A stretch of 50,040 nucleotides of DNA, filler included, from Catajapyx aquilonaris (Eukaryota): NCBI GenBank assembly GCA_000934665.2. It is 2 parts of 2 records of this genome, joined end to end, with 100 filler letters (N's around TTAATTAATTAA, not from the genome) between each part and the next. Parts side by side here need not be neighbours in the genome. Positions count along the whole stretch, not along the records: positions 1 to 24,916 come from KZ539353.1; positions 25,017 to 50,040 come from JYFJ02005442.1. One strand, written 5' to 3'. The notes under the pieces were generated by a model. It searched no databases. It was not told the origin of the DNA and worked only from the letters and a program-made list of their open reading frames with translations. Below are positions 21,336-33,249 of this stretch, piece by piece; within the stretch, counting starts at the first letter, position 1; every line of letters starts with the position of its first letter. The position numbers and the translations under genes were made by a program.

Positions 21336-23201
21336 TACAATGTTTGGCTGTGTGAGAGCAGTCAAATACACTCTTGCTATGAGAAACCAGTAATGTTCGT
21401 TTCTGCCATGGGGCTTCTCTATTTTGCCAGTAGGTTACAAGGAAAAATTTAATGTAGGTACCGGTATCCAAGTCGAGGCTATGGTAGACAATTAATTATG
21501 GGTTGCTATTTGGCATTAATGAAAAAAAATGTTGCTATAGGAATAATAAAATATATCTATCTGCTGATATTCATTCCTTTTTTGTCCAAAGCAACCATAC
21601 TGTACTTTTTCAAATTATTTGTTATGTATTATGAGAGTTTCACAATTACGATAGTACATCGAGGTTGTAGTCATGGGCACTAGATGGTAGCCATGCCCTG
21701 GAACTCCTCTCTAGAACACTTTCCCCCTGCATTACACTGAGCAGCACTTCATCATCGAGTGTCACATCTTCACCTAATGTATTGGTGTAATGCAATTAGG
21801 ACACATGTTCACACCTTCTTTTTGCTCCATCCTGAAAGTTTTTCACCACTGGAGATAGAAATGTGGGCGAAATCATCTGACAACTTATTTCTGACTACGT
21901 GCCTGAGTGTGAAGACGTTCTTCCTGTCAAAATCAATCTGCTGTATTCAGGCGATGGTGAAAATGTCAAATTGAATCGACGCCATCCTCTGAAAAAAAAC
22001 AGTGGTAAAATAAGCATCGGAAAAATGGATTTTCTGGAGAAAAATGATAGTTCTTCAAATCAAGATATAAAGTGAATTCTCCTGTATATATGAAAGGTTT
22101 GTCTGTTTGTCCAGTTTTTCCTCAACATCCGGGCTGAAGCATCTAGGGTGCTGCAGTTGTGTCCAATAATCTGCAAAAAAAATGTTTACTTTAATATTAA
22201 CAACAACAAAAAAATTCGACCTCATGAAAACGTGCACAGGATGTTCTTGGCAGCATTTCGTGCACCCTTTGCACAATTCAGCAAATGGTCCAAAATTGCA
22301 TTAAATGAGCGGACATGGGATAAGTGAATCATTACACCAAAAGTGCAACATCTGCTCGACAGATTGTCGCGAAATGACTGGGAATTCTGGTCACGCCGCA
22401 ATCCCGAAGTGGTTTTTAGCACTCATTTTTCAGTGGACATGCATCGACGATGCTTTTCACCGACTGTCGCACATAAATCCAGGCCTAAGCCGGAAACCTG
22501 CGTCAACATGGCCCCGATATAACCTTCCACTGAAAAAGATCGTTGGATACGTCCAAATATTTTCATAGACTCTTTCATGACTCGCTTCCTCTCAATATCT
22601 ACGAGGCAATGACGCAACTAGTCAAAGGCCAACATCTACCAGCTTCCTTTCAGATTTATGCTTGCATATTAAATTTTTTTTTCGTACGCACAAACGCATA
22701 AATAGTAGTGACTCAAGTGCGTCGGATGATACGGCCTAAGAAAAGGAGGGCAGAAGCTTTTAAGCTATCATGTGAGAAAGAGCATTCCTATGGGGGTCGA
22801 AGGGTCAAAGTTCAGGAGTGTCTTCACCAGTTAGGTGCCTGCTACAAAACGCATGGGAGAACACTCCAGGGCAGATATGTGGTTCAGGAAATGTGGTGAG
22901 GAAAATTGCGCAAAATGAATTTTCGAGGGTGCAAAAAAAACAACCAGAAAACTCATTACACCAACCGAAATGAAGTCGTGAGTTCAAGGAAAACGGACAT
23001 TTTACTAATCTGCTGAAAAACCGCAAACGTTTACTTTTGCCAGCAGCTAGTACTACTTCATTTAAATTGTTCCTCGCAAATATTATGACTGCAATGAATC
23101 ATATGTTGTAAAAACCTAATATTGTCTGTTTACAACGTATGGAAGTGTGTAATTGGTTAGAGAGATGCTTGGCTCATTCCCATTGGCTAATCTGCGCTTA
23201 C

Positions 23202-23490
23202 ACCGAAGCAGTGGTATAGCGGAGGAGATATGGTATCCGACTGCTAATCGGGAGGTCCTCGGTTCGAATCCCGGCGGCCGCCGACCCTGACCGTGGTTTT
23301 CTGTGGTTTCCCATGGTCTCACCAGGAAAATGCCGGGGTCGTGTCCATAATTATAGGCCACAGCCGCTTCCTTCCGTCCCTATCCCATCCCCATATAAGA
23401 GAAGTAAAACCGAAAGTAAGAGTTCCAGATAAAAAATATGGTGGTATCCCACCCCCCTAAGAGGGCCTATGGCTCTAGCACGGGGTACAA

Positions 23491-23550
<60 letters not shown>
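23202..23550 (+). mobile_element. tRNA-derived SINE (family A)
   Basis: Head with gactGCTaatc anticodon-like loop and B-box ggttcgaatcc; core gtggttttctgtggtttccc...ggccacagccgcttccttcc; (ATT)n tail; near-exact TSD aatc(t/c)gcgcttac. Confidence 0.9.
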
Positions 23551-23553
<3 letters not shown>

Positions 23554-24916
23554 CCGCGCTTACGTAAACTATAATTACAAGTAGTTCTTCCTCCCATCCA
23601 CCAGAGGCGCTGCCTCTCCCCATTGCGCAGGCGCATAACGGGAGTCAATCGGAAGCATCGGTCCTACAACGAAATATTTTAATATTATATATGTCTGTCT
23701 GATGTATGTCTGTCTGATACTTGTTCACAGACAGACAGACAGCCGTTCTAAGTACTGTGCGATATTTCGATACATCGACTGTCGATACGATATTTTTCTA
23801 ATATCGACGATGCGATATCCGACGCTTGGCATGTGCGGTGTATCGAATATCGCCGCTTTTCAATGTCGGTTCGATGTCGGTTGGCGATGTCGGTTTTTCG
23901 GTTGACGATACATAGACTTCGATGCGATATTTTTTGAGTGTTGCAATTTCGGATATCGCACAGCCCCAACATTTGCCCCAAATGTATGATAGACAAGAAA
24001 TGAAATTATTGCATGTCTTTTCTACATACCGTAATATCTCTCTCAAAAAAAATATTTGGAGACGATTGCGGATTTTGTATTCAATGCAAAATCGTCTCCA
24101 TCTTTTTGTGCGATATGTCCCTAGCTGTTCAGTTGTTTGTTTGTTCGGACAATTTTGGATAGAAGTCCTCTTCATAAATTCATATCATGTGATTAGTGCC
24201 AAAAATATTTAAAAACCTAAAAAGGGGGGAACTTCTCAATAAACTTTAAATTAACTTACGATCTTTCACCCTGTTGCACATTGCAAAAAAAAAATCATCC
24301 GATGACTCAACAGCAATTAAGGCGGTAATTTTAATCGAACTATGCAGATGATTAGCCCGTATAAGGAGTGAACCTGAAAGCCTGGGGTAGGGGTATATAA
24401 TAAGGTATGGCGATGGCGGGTCTACTGCGGGAAGATGAGCTTTCCAAAAAGCTCCCAGTTGCAGCCCTTTTGTGGCAAATTAATGGGGGCGGTTGCAACG
24501 GCGCGGAAAGGAGATTAGCGGCTTTTCTCTAAAGGGGCGGTAGGGGAGGGAGGAGAAGGAGGGTTGATGATAAAAGGTGGGGAGGGGGGATGTGATGTCA
24601 AGAACTTTGCTCAATCCGGCAACATCACCTCTAAGTCGCAACTAACATCAAAGATCAACCCTACACGAGGATTAAGTTCGCCGAATTTCATTCGGCCGAA
24701 TCGGCTAAAAAATTCCAAGACAATCCAAAATGAAGGGCGTGACCCTCTATTTTTTTGTACATTGCTGAGACAACGAGGAAATGACACCAATGACGCCACT
24801 GGTCTCCCTTACTCCAATCTTGAAGCAAATTACATGTTTTTTTTTTCTTAGGGGGAAGGAGGGGGGACGGTTCTATTGTTATTTTGCAAAGGGGGGAGAG
24901 GGAAAGGGGGGTGAAG

Positions 24917-25016
24917 NNNNNNNNNNNNNNNNNNNNNNNNNNNNNNNNNNNNNNNNNNNNTTAATTAATTAANNNNNNNNNNNNNNNNNNNNNNNNNNNN
25001 NNNNNNNNNNNNNNNN
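24917..25016. other. Assembly gap with artificial TTAATTAATTAA spacer
   Basis: N-run, TTAATTAATTAA (24961-24972; stop codons in all six frames), N-run; 100 nt in total. Confidence 0.9.
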
Positions 25017-25327
25017 GTGCTCACCTGAGACCGCCAGGAGACATTTAGGAGGCCACGATAAGTGGCGACCCTACCGGACTAAGGCTGAACTTTACAGGTA
25101 CGAAAGGGGAGGGCTACATGCCGGCCCAACATGGCCGCCGCCGGCCATGTTGGGCCCCCCAATGTAGCCCTCCCCTTTCGTACCTATAAAGTTCAGCCTA
25201 ATCCGGTAGGGTCGCCACTTATCGTGGCCTCCTAAATGTCTCCTGGCGGTCTCAGGTGAGCACCCGGTGCAAAACTCCTCGGCAGGGGGTGGGTGGGAGT
25301 GACCAGACCTTACTTATATGACCGTGG
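25017..25327. mobile_element. Palindromic non-autonomous element, cut by the gap
   Basis: 25017-25263 is a near-perfect palindrome. The arm sequence gtgctcacctgag recurs at ~29318, and the right end gcagggggtgggtgggagtgaccagaccttact recurs at ~42189. Confidence 0.7.
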
Positions 25328-26179
25328 CTCATACAATGGCATAATTAGTATTAAGTAAATGTGATCTTAAACCTACTTCCATAAAGAGGGAAAATGTCAA
25401 TTGATTTCTTGTCACTATACATTTTGGTGAAGATTACATTAAGCACTACAATGCTAACAATTATATTGCTATGTTTCAAAAGTAAGTACTGAATCATTCA
25501 AAAAGATGGTGATAATTTTGCATTGAAACCAAATGCAAGATCATCTCTATCTTTTAGAGCGATATAATACCATTGGGAATTATGGATCCCTTCAGGGAAT
25601 AATTTTGTTGCTGTGCACCATAATTTTTAATGAAGATTTTATCTAACAATATCAGAAACAAAAGTGAAACTATGCTTTTTGTTCACTGAGTTGTGAAAAG
25701 CAGAGTTTAAAATTTGGAAATTAGCAATTTGTTCAACTTTCATATGGCCACAGGAAGAAATTGGAAGGTACAGGGATTTTTACTTCAACTTTTACAGCAA
25801 TGGCATCATGCTCAATTTTTAGTCACATATTATTCACTTTAAAATTTATATTTAATTACATTCATGTGGACACAGCCATGCTGGGACATTGTAATACCCT
25901 GCTTGAAGGGGTGTCACATTGTGCAATCCCCTTTGCCCAATTTTGCATGAATATCAGTTTTGGGAAATAATTCGATTCTCACAACAAAAAGAGCATGACC
26001 TACCACGGATGTAAAAATTGAAATGAAAATCGAGCACCTTCCAGGTCTTGTTCCAGGTTTCTTTTTTGGCCATTTGAAAGTTGAAAAAAATTGCACAGTA
26101 GCTACAAATCCAGATTTTCACAACTCAAACTTGAAAGGAAGAAACCGAGTTTCACTTTTGCTTCTGATATTGATAGGTA

Positions 26180-26822
26180 CAGGGTGGGGCAAAAGTCATG
26201 GGCGGATAAAAACAACGCAGCATGGTGTAACTGTGTAAGAAACGAACAATTATATTTTAAAAAAATTACACTACACAGGGAAAGATATGCCATTTATGGA
26301 TCAAGGTCCAAAAAAGTCACTTCTTGAAAACAACACCAGATAGATGTCACCTTTGCAGGCAACACATTCCTCCAAGCGCCGGACAAAACCCTTCATAACG
26401 CACTCTAGCATGTCCAGGGTAATGTTTCTCACGTCGTCTCTTATCTGATCCTTAAGATCAGCTAATGACTGAGGACATGTGGGAAACACCAAACAAATTA
26501 AAAGTCAAGTGTTTCCCGGGCGGGTCATTTTGAGATTTGGGGACATTCCATGGCCGCCGCGGCCGCTCGATTTGACCACCCCCCCGACTTCTTGTGGGGG
26601 TACCTGATGAGTTTGGTGTTCGCCACACGTCCTCAGTCATTGGCTAATCTTAAGGATCAGATAAGACATGCCATGAGAAACATTCCCCTGGACATGCTCG
26701 AGCGAGTTATGAAGGGTTTCGTCCGGTGCTTGGAAGAATGTGTTGCCCGCAAAGGTGGACATCTATCTGGTGTGGTTTTTAAGAAGTAACTTTTTTGGAC
26801 CTTGATCCATAAATGGCATATC
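26180..26822. mobile_element. Tc1/mariner foldback carrying two inverted, decayed transposase 3' ends
   Basis: TA|CAGGGTGGGGCAAAAGTCATGGGCGG; remnants DFLWGYLMSLVFATRPQSLANLKDQIRHAMRNIPLDMLERV...CVARKGGHL (+) with a mirrored copy (-); right TIR missing. Confidence 0.85.
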
Positions 26823-28328
26823 TGGTCGGGAGACTTGGAGGTAGGCTGACCATTGACAAGTGTCCGGACCATTTCCGTGCTGATAGTACAAGCTCCACTA
26901 ATGTACAGTGCACAGCCACAAAATAAATACTGGCAAGGATCATACATTTAAAAGAAAATTTCTAAAAAATCAAAGCAGATTCATGGTGATACATGTCTGT
27001 AGCTACTTTTGGACAAAAGCACTATGAAAATTGAAGCATTTTCGAAGAGTAATACCAAATTTTCTCATCTTAAGTCGAGCGCTATTGCTGCCAAATGTAT
27101 TTTTTGCCATTAGGTCATGTCCTAGGCTCTCACCTGAAAATTTCCTGGGGATCAGAAGTATGTGGAGATCACTTGGTTCAAGGTCAGGAGGCTTAAACAT
27201 GCCCCACTTGAACTGTTGCAAGGTGTTTGAGCAATATCTAAGGCCTGCCACAAACAAGGAGATTCAACAAGGAAAAGTTGCCTGGCCCCTGCCTGAGAGT
27301 TCAGGTTTCCCCCACGTTTCAAGCGCGTTAGAAATCAGGACGTGCTCCTGGTGCATGCGCTGTATGCTTTCCCGGGTGGATTCATGGGCAACTTTTCACT
27401 CCCGAATCCCCTCGTTTGCCCAAGGCCCAAGGACTACTGCTACATTCTGTCAGATATTGTCGAGCTGACTTCTCCAACAGTTCAAGTAGGACATCTCTGA
27501 ACACCATCCAGAGAGTCCAGAACCACCAACACATTTTCATGCGCTCAAAAAAAATTTTTTAAGGGGAAAGCCTAGGGAGTGACCATGAGAATAGGCTTGG
27601 CATAAAGAGTGATCAATGCAGGATTACAAAATGTGGTGCCAAGGTTGGAAAAATCCTTTCAGTGATATGAAGTTCGTGTAGAATAGCAGCTAATGTTTTG
27701 TGCCATCATGTCGAAATGTTGATTTTCAGGAGAAATTATTTTTCGACATTTTACAGCCAAATGGTACTTATCCTTCAAATGTGGTAATATTAATACAGTG
27801 TAGCCTGCACATAGCAGAATTGCTCAGTTCCACTGGATTTTTCCACAATGAGCCAAGTTTCCATTTTACAGGACAGTATTAATACAAGAAAAATATCTTC
27901 AAGGCACCAACACATTCACAAATTCGTTCCCTCAGGCCTGTAATTTGTGGCCTGCCTGGAGTGCAACATGGCCTAATCTCATTCAGATGACAATTCAATA
28001 TAGAGCATAAAAAGCATTTACAACTGGTGTGTGACAAAGGACTTAAGTTATGGAGAGTAATATTAATTCCCTTATACCCATGATTTGAGTAATTGACAGG
28101 CCTAAAAATTACGTCCATTTCTGTTCTTGACAGGTTACATTATATCCTACATAAAGGAAAGAAAATCCTGTCTCACAGAGACAACTGCAAAAAATTTCTG
28201 CTACAAGCAGGTTTATCTGTAGAAATATAGAGAAATTCATGCAAGTAACTCCTGAGCCTTTTAAATAAAATACATTTCGTAACAGTTATTTCTACTGCAA
28301 ATAAACTTTGTGATAGTTAAATACTTAC

Positions 28329-28410
28329 CACTGCCTCATAAGTAGTGAAGTTTGGTTTCATGTCTTTTCCAGTCAGCGTTATGTAGGCACCTTTGTTCCC
28401 CATGGTGTCA
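28329..28410 (-). CDS. PPP5C: PP5 exon 9
   Basis: gatag| (C)[27 protein letters not shown] |gtaagt; completes SAPNYC-DTMGN after a ~9.7 kb intron. Confidence 0.9.
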
Positions 28411-29189
28411 CTATCATGAATCATAGCATAATTATTATTTTGAATGGCACAAGATTAAATACTATCACTAGTGAATATGGAATATTGAATATATTGAATA
28501 TGGAATATGGAATATATTGAATATGGAATATGGAATATATTGAATATGGAATATTGAATATATGGAATATGGAATATATTGAATATTGATAATTTGGGTT
28601 ATGTGGGGGGAAGGGGGGAAAGTGACAGAAGGAAGGTCTATGGGTAGCTTCTACTTACAAATGAGGCATTGACATGGGAAGGGTTGCAAGTCAACGGATA
28701 TATCCAATGTCTCAAATGTCTTGCAAGATAATCCCACTTGCAGGAAAAGACACTGACTTAAAGGGCAACCTTTGGGTATGTTGTGAATAACTGACAATAA
28801 TTATTCTACAGATTCAACAAGGTCTCATGTACCATGAACCAATGTGGTTTACATCAGGATGAGGGGAGGCGGAGTGGTGCTGCGATAACGTATGCGCCCA
28901 CGGATGTTAAGGTCCCGGGTTCGATCCCAACCTGGGGACACCCCCTTCATCTCGTGCAGAGTTCAGGGTCACCTCTGGCTTCGTCTCGGGTGGTATTTCC
29001 ACAGACTAAACCACTCGGGGGAGTTCACTAAAAATGGCCACAGCGTCAGATGCACTGCACCTTGCACATCCCCTCCTGTCATCCTGCCCGTGGGCCAGGG
29101 CGCTTCAACTCATTAGCTCCATGTACATAATGGTTCAATAAAGGTTCCGTGCGATATACCCCCACCGGGGGTGAAAGCACTTACCCAGG

Positions 29190-29245
<56 letters not shown>

Positions 29246-30584
29246 TACATCAGGATGAGTGCCAAGCATGGTTTTAGAAGACTCAGGTTAGGTCACTGCC
29301 GGGGCGTTTTGCAGCGGGTGCTCACCTGAGAGCGCCATGAGACATTTCAGTCTCCGTATAAGAGGCCTGTAACCTCTGAACCTCTAAAGTTAATCCAAAT
29401 CTGATATGTGATTTTGGAAGCTCTTTTAAAGGCCTTTAATAATATCACATTGAAAATAGCAGGGATAAAATCATTCAATTTCAAGATGGCGGTGAAATTT
29501 GGATTTTAATATAAGTCAACGTTCGCTATTTTTGGGATTTTTTGAATGGACCTCAAAATGAAGCGTGAAATGTGCGCTTCATGTTTTCGAAAAGTCTAGG
29601 AGGTGACTTTTGGAATTTCACCTGCTAGAGGGCGAAAACGCAGCTGGTGCGCGCTCTGGACAGTACGCTGGTCACCTGGGAGGGCTATATTTCCTCAGTG
29701 GACTACATGACAGGTCTGATTTTTATACCACAAGATGCGGAATGCCCACAAGATGGCAGAACCACCCATAACTCATTTTCAGCCAAAAGTGGACTTATCC
29801 GGTTTTTCCACCAAACCCTTCAATTGTTTGTAACACTGGACAATGCTGGAATTATGAACATTAAATAAAATATGAATCCATGGCCTCTATTAATGGCCAC
29901 TGCATGCCATAACGATAGGTCAGAAGTAATGTTGAGCACTTTGCCTTCGAGTAGGACAAGGAATTGCCGTAATTTCCCATTATGTGGGAGATAGTGACCC
30001 CTCCACATGTGCAAATATTTCAGTCTCGCTTGGTAGCCTCTATCTTAAATTATTGTGGGTCGCAACAAGGACACAGGCCAAAATTTCTGAAAACCCATTG
30101 CAATCTTCATATTAAATTACTGGAATTTTCCATGGGATCAATAGGTGTTAATGACATTATGTACTTATTTATTATATTTATTTATTTTACCCCATTGGAA
30201 GAATCGGCTCTCCATTAGGGAGGTAGAATACCACCATGGATGGGGCCAAGGATAGGGAAGGAAGGAAGCGGCTGTGGCCTATTATACGGAAACGATCCCG
30301 GAATTGTCCTGGAAGGATTGTGGAAAACCACAGAAAACCATGGTCAGGATCGTCGGCCCCGGGATTCGAACCCAGGACCTCCCGATTAGCAGTCGAACCC
30401 CTTAACCACCACACCAACCAGCTTCGGTTGTTAATGACATTATTGTATGTTTCCTTCATCTACCCTTTAGTATGGCGGACAACACGATGCAATTATCAAG
30501 TGGAAAAATATTCCAACAGAATGATAACTGATCATTTTATTTTGAAATAGTCATTCCTGTGGCAATTTTTAGATATATAGTGAC

Positions 30585-30618
<34 letters not shown>

Positions 30619-33187
30619 ATTATTATTATTATCATTATCATTATTATTATTGCCATATTACCACTCATATTGCGGCATGCCGGTGTAGGCGAGGTCGACC
30701 AGTTTTTCGAAATGCATGATATGGTGCCTATACCGGCATGCCTGTATAAGGCGAGGTTTTCACACAAGTTACATTATCCTGTCTGAACTTGACATTTGCC
30801 TGAAAATCGAAATTCACGTAAAGGCTATCGAAAAGGCACATTTTCCAAATAGGGCACCCATACCATATATTGTTTTCAATCACAGTGTTTGGCAATAATC
30901 TCTATTTAAACAGTATGTTAGAGCAGGGGGTTCCCCTGTCAAAGCAGGCTGACGATGGGATTGGTCATACATTTTACATTATTTTTTAAATGTACTGTGC
31001 AACAGAACTGACATATTCTCACAGCCTGTACACTCGCACATTTTCATTGTAACATTATTTTAGTATGGTACCAGAAGCATTCAAAAAAATTTGGCAAGGA
31101 TCAAAATTACGGAAATCTACCTCGGTTATTGCCGCAAGCCGGCCACCCCTGGGTTATACCGGCATGCTGGTCAACCTCGTTTTATACCAGCTTGCTGCAA
31201 TATGAGAGGTAACACGGTATTATCATTATTGTTACACTGCACTCCCGATTATCCATGTTACGGATTATCCGTGCAACGCCAAAACATAAAATTTAAAATT
31301 ACAGTTCGAAAAAAATGTGCCGAATTTTCGACCCACTCCTAAATACTGCTAACTTAGCAGTACCAGTGCCAACACTCTGGTACTTCTAAGTTAGCAGTAA
31401 CCAGCAGTGGGACGAAAATTCCACCCACTGTCAATATGTCTCACCAACGAGACTTTTCCTAGAAGACAAAATAAAAATTTAAGGTAAGTTTGATTATTTT
31501 GATTCAACCAAGGAGACCTCTCTCTACAGGGTGATTCCGGTAACTTTGGCAAAAATCACAGGGTGGGTAGAGGCCCCATAGGCAAGTATTTTGAGCTTCG
31601 GTACCCATGTCCGGAAATGCCCCTATACGGGGGTACGGCCGTTTCCACCTTTAGCCTTTGCGCCTGGTGGGTAGGCAACCCATAGTACTTGAAGGTTGCG
31701 TTCATCAGGTTTTGCACTTAACACTCGCAATTGTTTTCACATTCGTCTTCTCCACACGCGACAGACCTGATGAACGCAAGTTTCGAGTACGGTGGGTTGC
31801 CTACCCACCAGGCGCAACAGATCAAAGGTAGAAACGGCCGTACCCCCGTTCAGGGGCATTTCCGGACATGGGTACCGAAGCTCAAAATACTTGCCTATGG
31901 GGCCTCTACCCACCCTGTGATTTTTGCCAAAGTTAATGGAACCAACCTGTATACAGAAGTACGTTAAAAACTCATGAATAGCTCATCTTTTACTATTTCT
32001 ATGGCAATTTTCCGATTATCCGTGTTTTTCGATTATCCGGCGACACCTGTGCAGTCATTATCCCAAATAATCGGGAGTACAGTGTATTATATTATTATTA
32101 TTATTATTATTATTATTATCTCTATATCTATAAATAAGGAAGCTTGATTGTTAGTTTGTGAGTTGGTGAGTTTGGATGTTTGTCCCTTATAGAAATCCAG
32201 GGGAAGGCCCTTACACCGCCTTAAATTAGCACTTCGGGGGTTACTTTTTCCAAGGAATCTAACGCCGCATGTTTCAGCTTCCGAAAATGTACCTAACTCC
32301 CACAACACGCACATTCCTGCCTCAACAATTAGCTTACATCAATAACAATAAATCAATTTGCATTCCCATGGAAATGCCTCTCTTTTTTTTAGCTATTTAC
32401 CTCCCTGCATCGTACCGCAGGGAGGGAACCTTTATTTCGTCTTGATGGAACGTTTTTGACATAGCGCCCGGGCCCACGGGCAGGCTGACTGGGAGGGGAT
32501 GTGCAAGGTGCAAGTGCAATTCTCAAACGGTATATTTTGTGAACTCCCCCGGGTGGATTAGTCTGAGGAGATTTCACCCGAAACGAAGCCAGAGACGACC
32601 CAACTCTGCACGGGATGAAGGAGGGAACCCCGGGCTGGGATCGAACCCGACGTTTCCGCAGCGCCACTTTGTCTCCCCTAGGAAATGCCCTTATGCCACA
32701 ATACCTAGCAAATTAAACCATCTCCGTAAATTCAGCGCATCCACCAATTACGCTAATTGGCCACCTCACGTGACTTCGTATCTTATGGTAATTCCGGGAT
32801 TTTGTGGGATTTGAAAGTAGACTTCCAGACAAAGTGAATACAATTAAATAATACAGTATTTGCAAAATATTACTCCGTGTTGAAAACAAAATTTCCCATC
32901 ATACATCTGTACGTACATTTCTAAAGTTCTTCAGAGCAAACATATGGACCGAGGTGGGGGTGTGAAGTGGNGGGGGGGGGGGTCAAGGGGTCAAAAATGC
33001 AGGGGAAAAAACACATGGCTGTGCAGTCTTTTCCTGGGCCAACTCCATTCGCATTCCTCCTTTTACACATCCAATCAGAATATCCGTGTCGACTGTACGC
33101 TATAAGACAAGCAGGTAATCTATCACAGATATGTACCCCTATCTTTACCAGCACCCCAACATACCCGGGCAATGCCGGGTAACCTGC

Positions 33188-33249
<62 letters not shown>

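Noticed and set aside
23202..23280. tRNA-Ser(GCT) gene; likewise tRNA-like heads at 11008, 28864 and 38761
   Set aside because: No clean acceptor stem or poly-T terminator; each head continues into a SINE body, and most have a tail and TSD.
24961..24972. Biological TTAATTAATTAA motif
   Set aside because: Sits between N-runs; typical synthetic all-frame-stop contig spacer.
27031..27468. 145-aa ORF as a gene or as the missing PP5 exon
   Set aside because: Non-ATG start, wrong strand for PP5, no recognisable motif.
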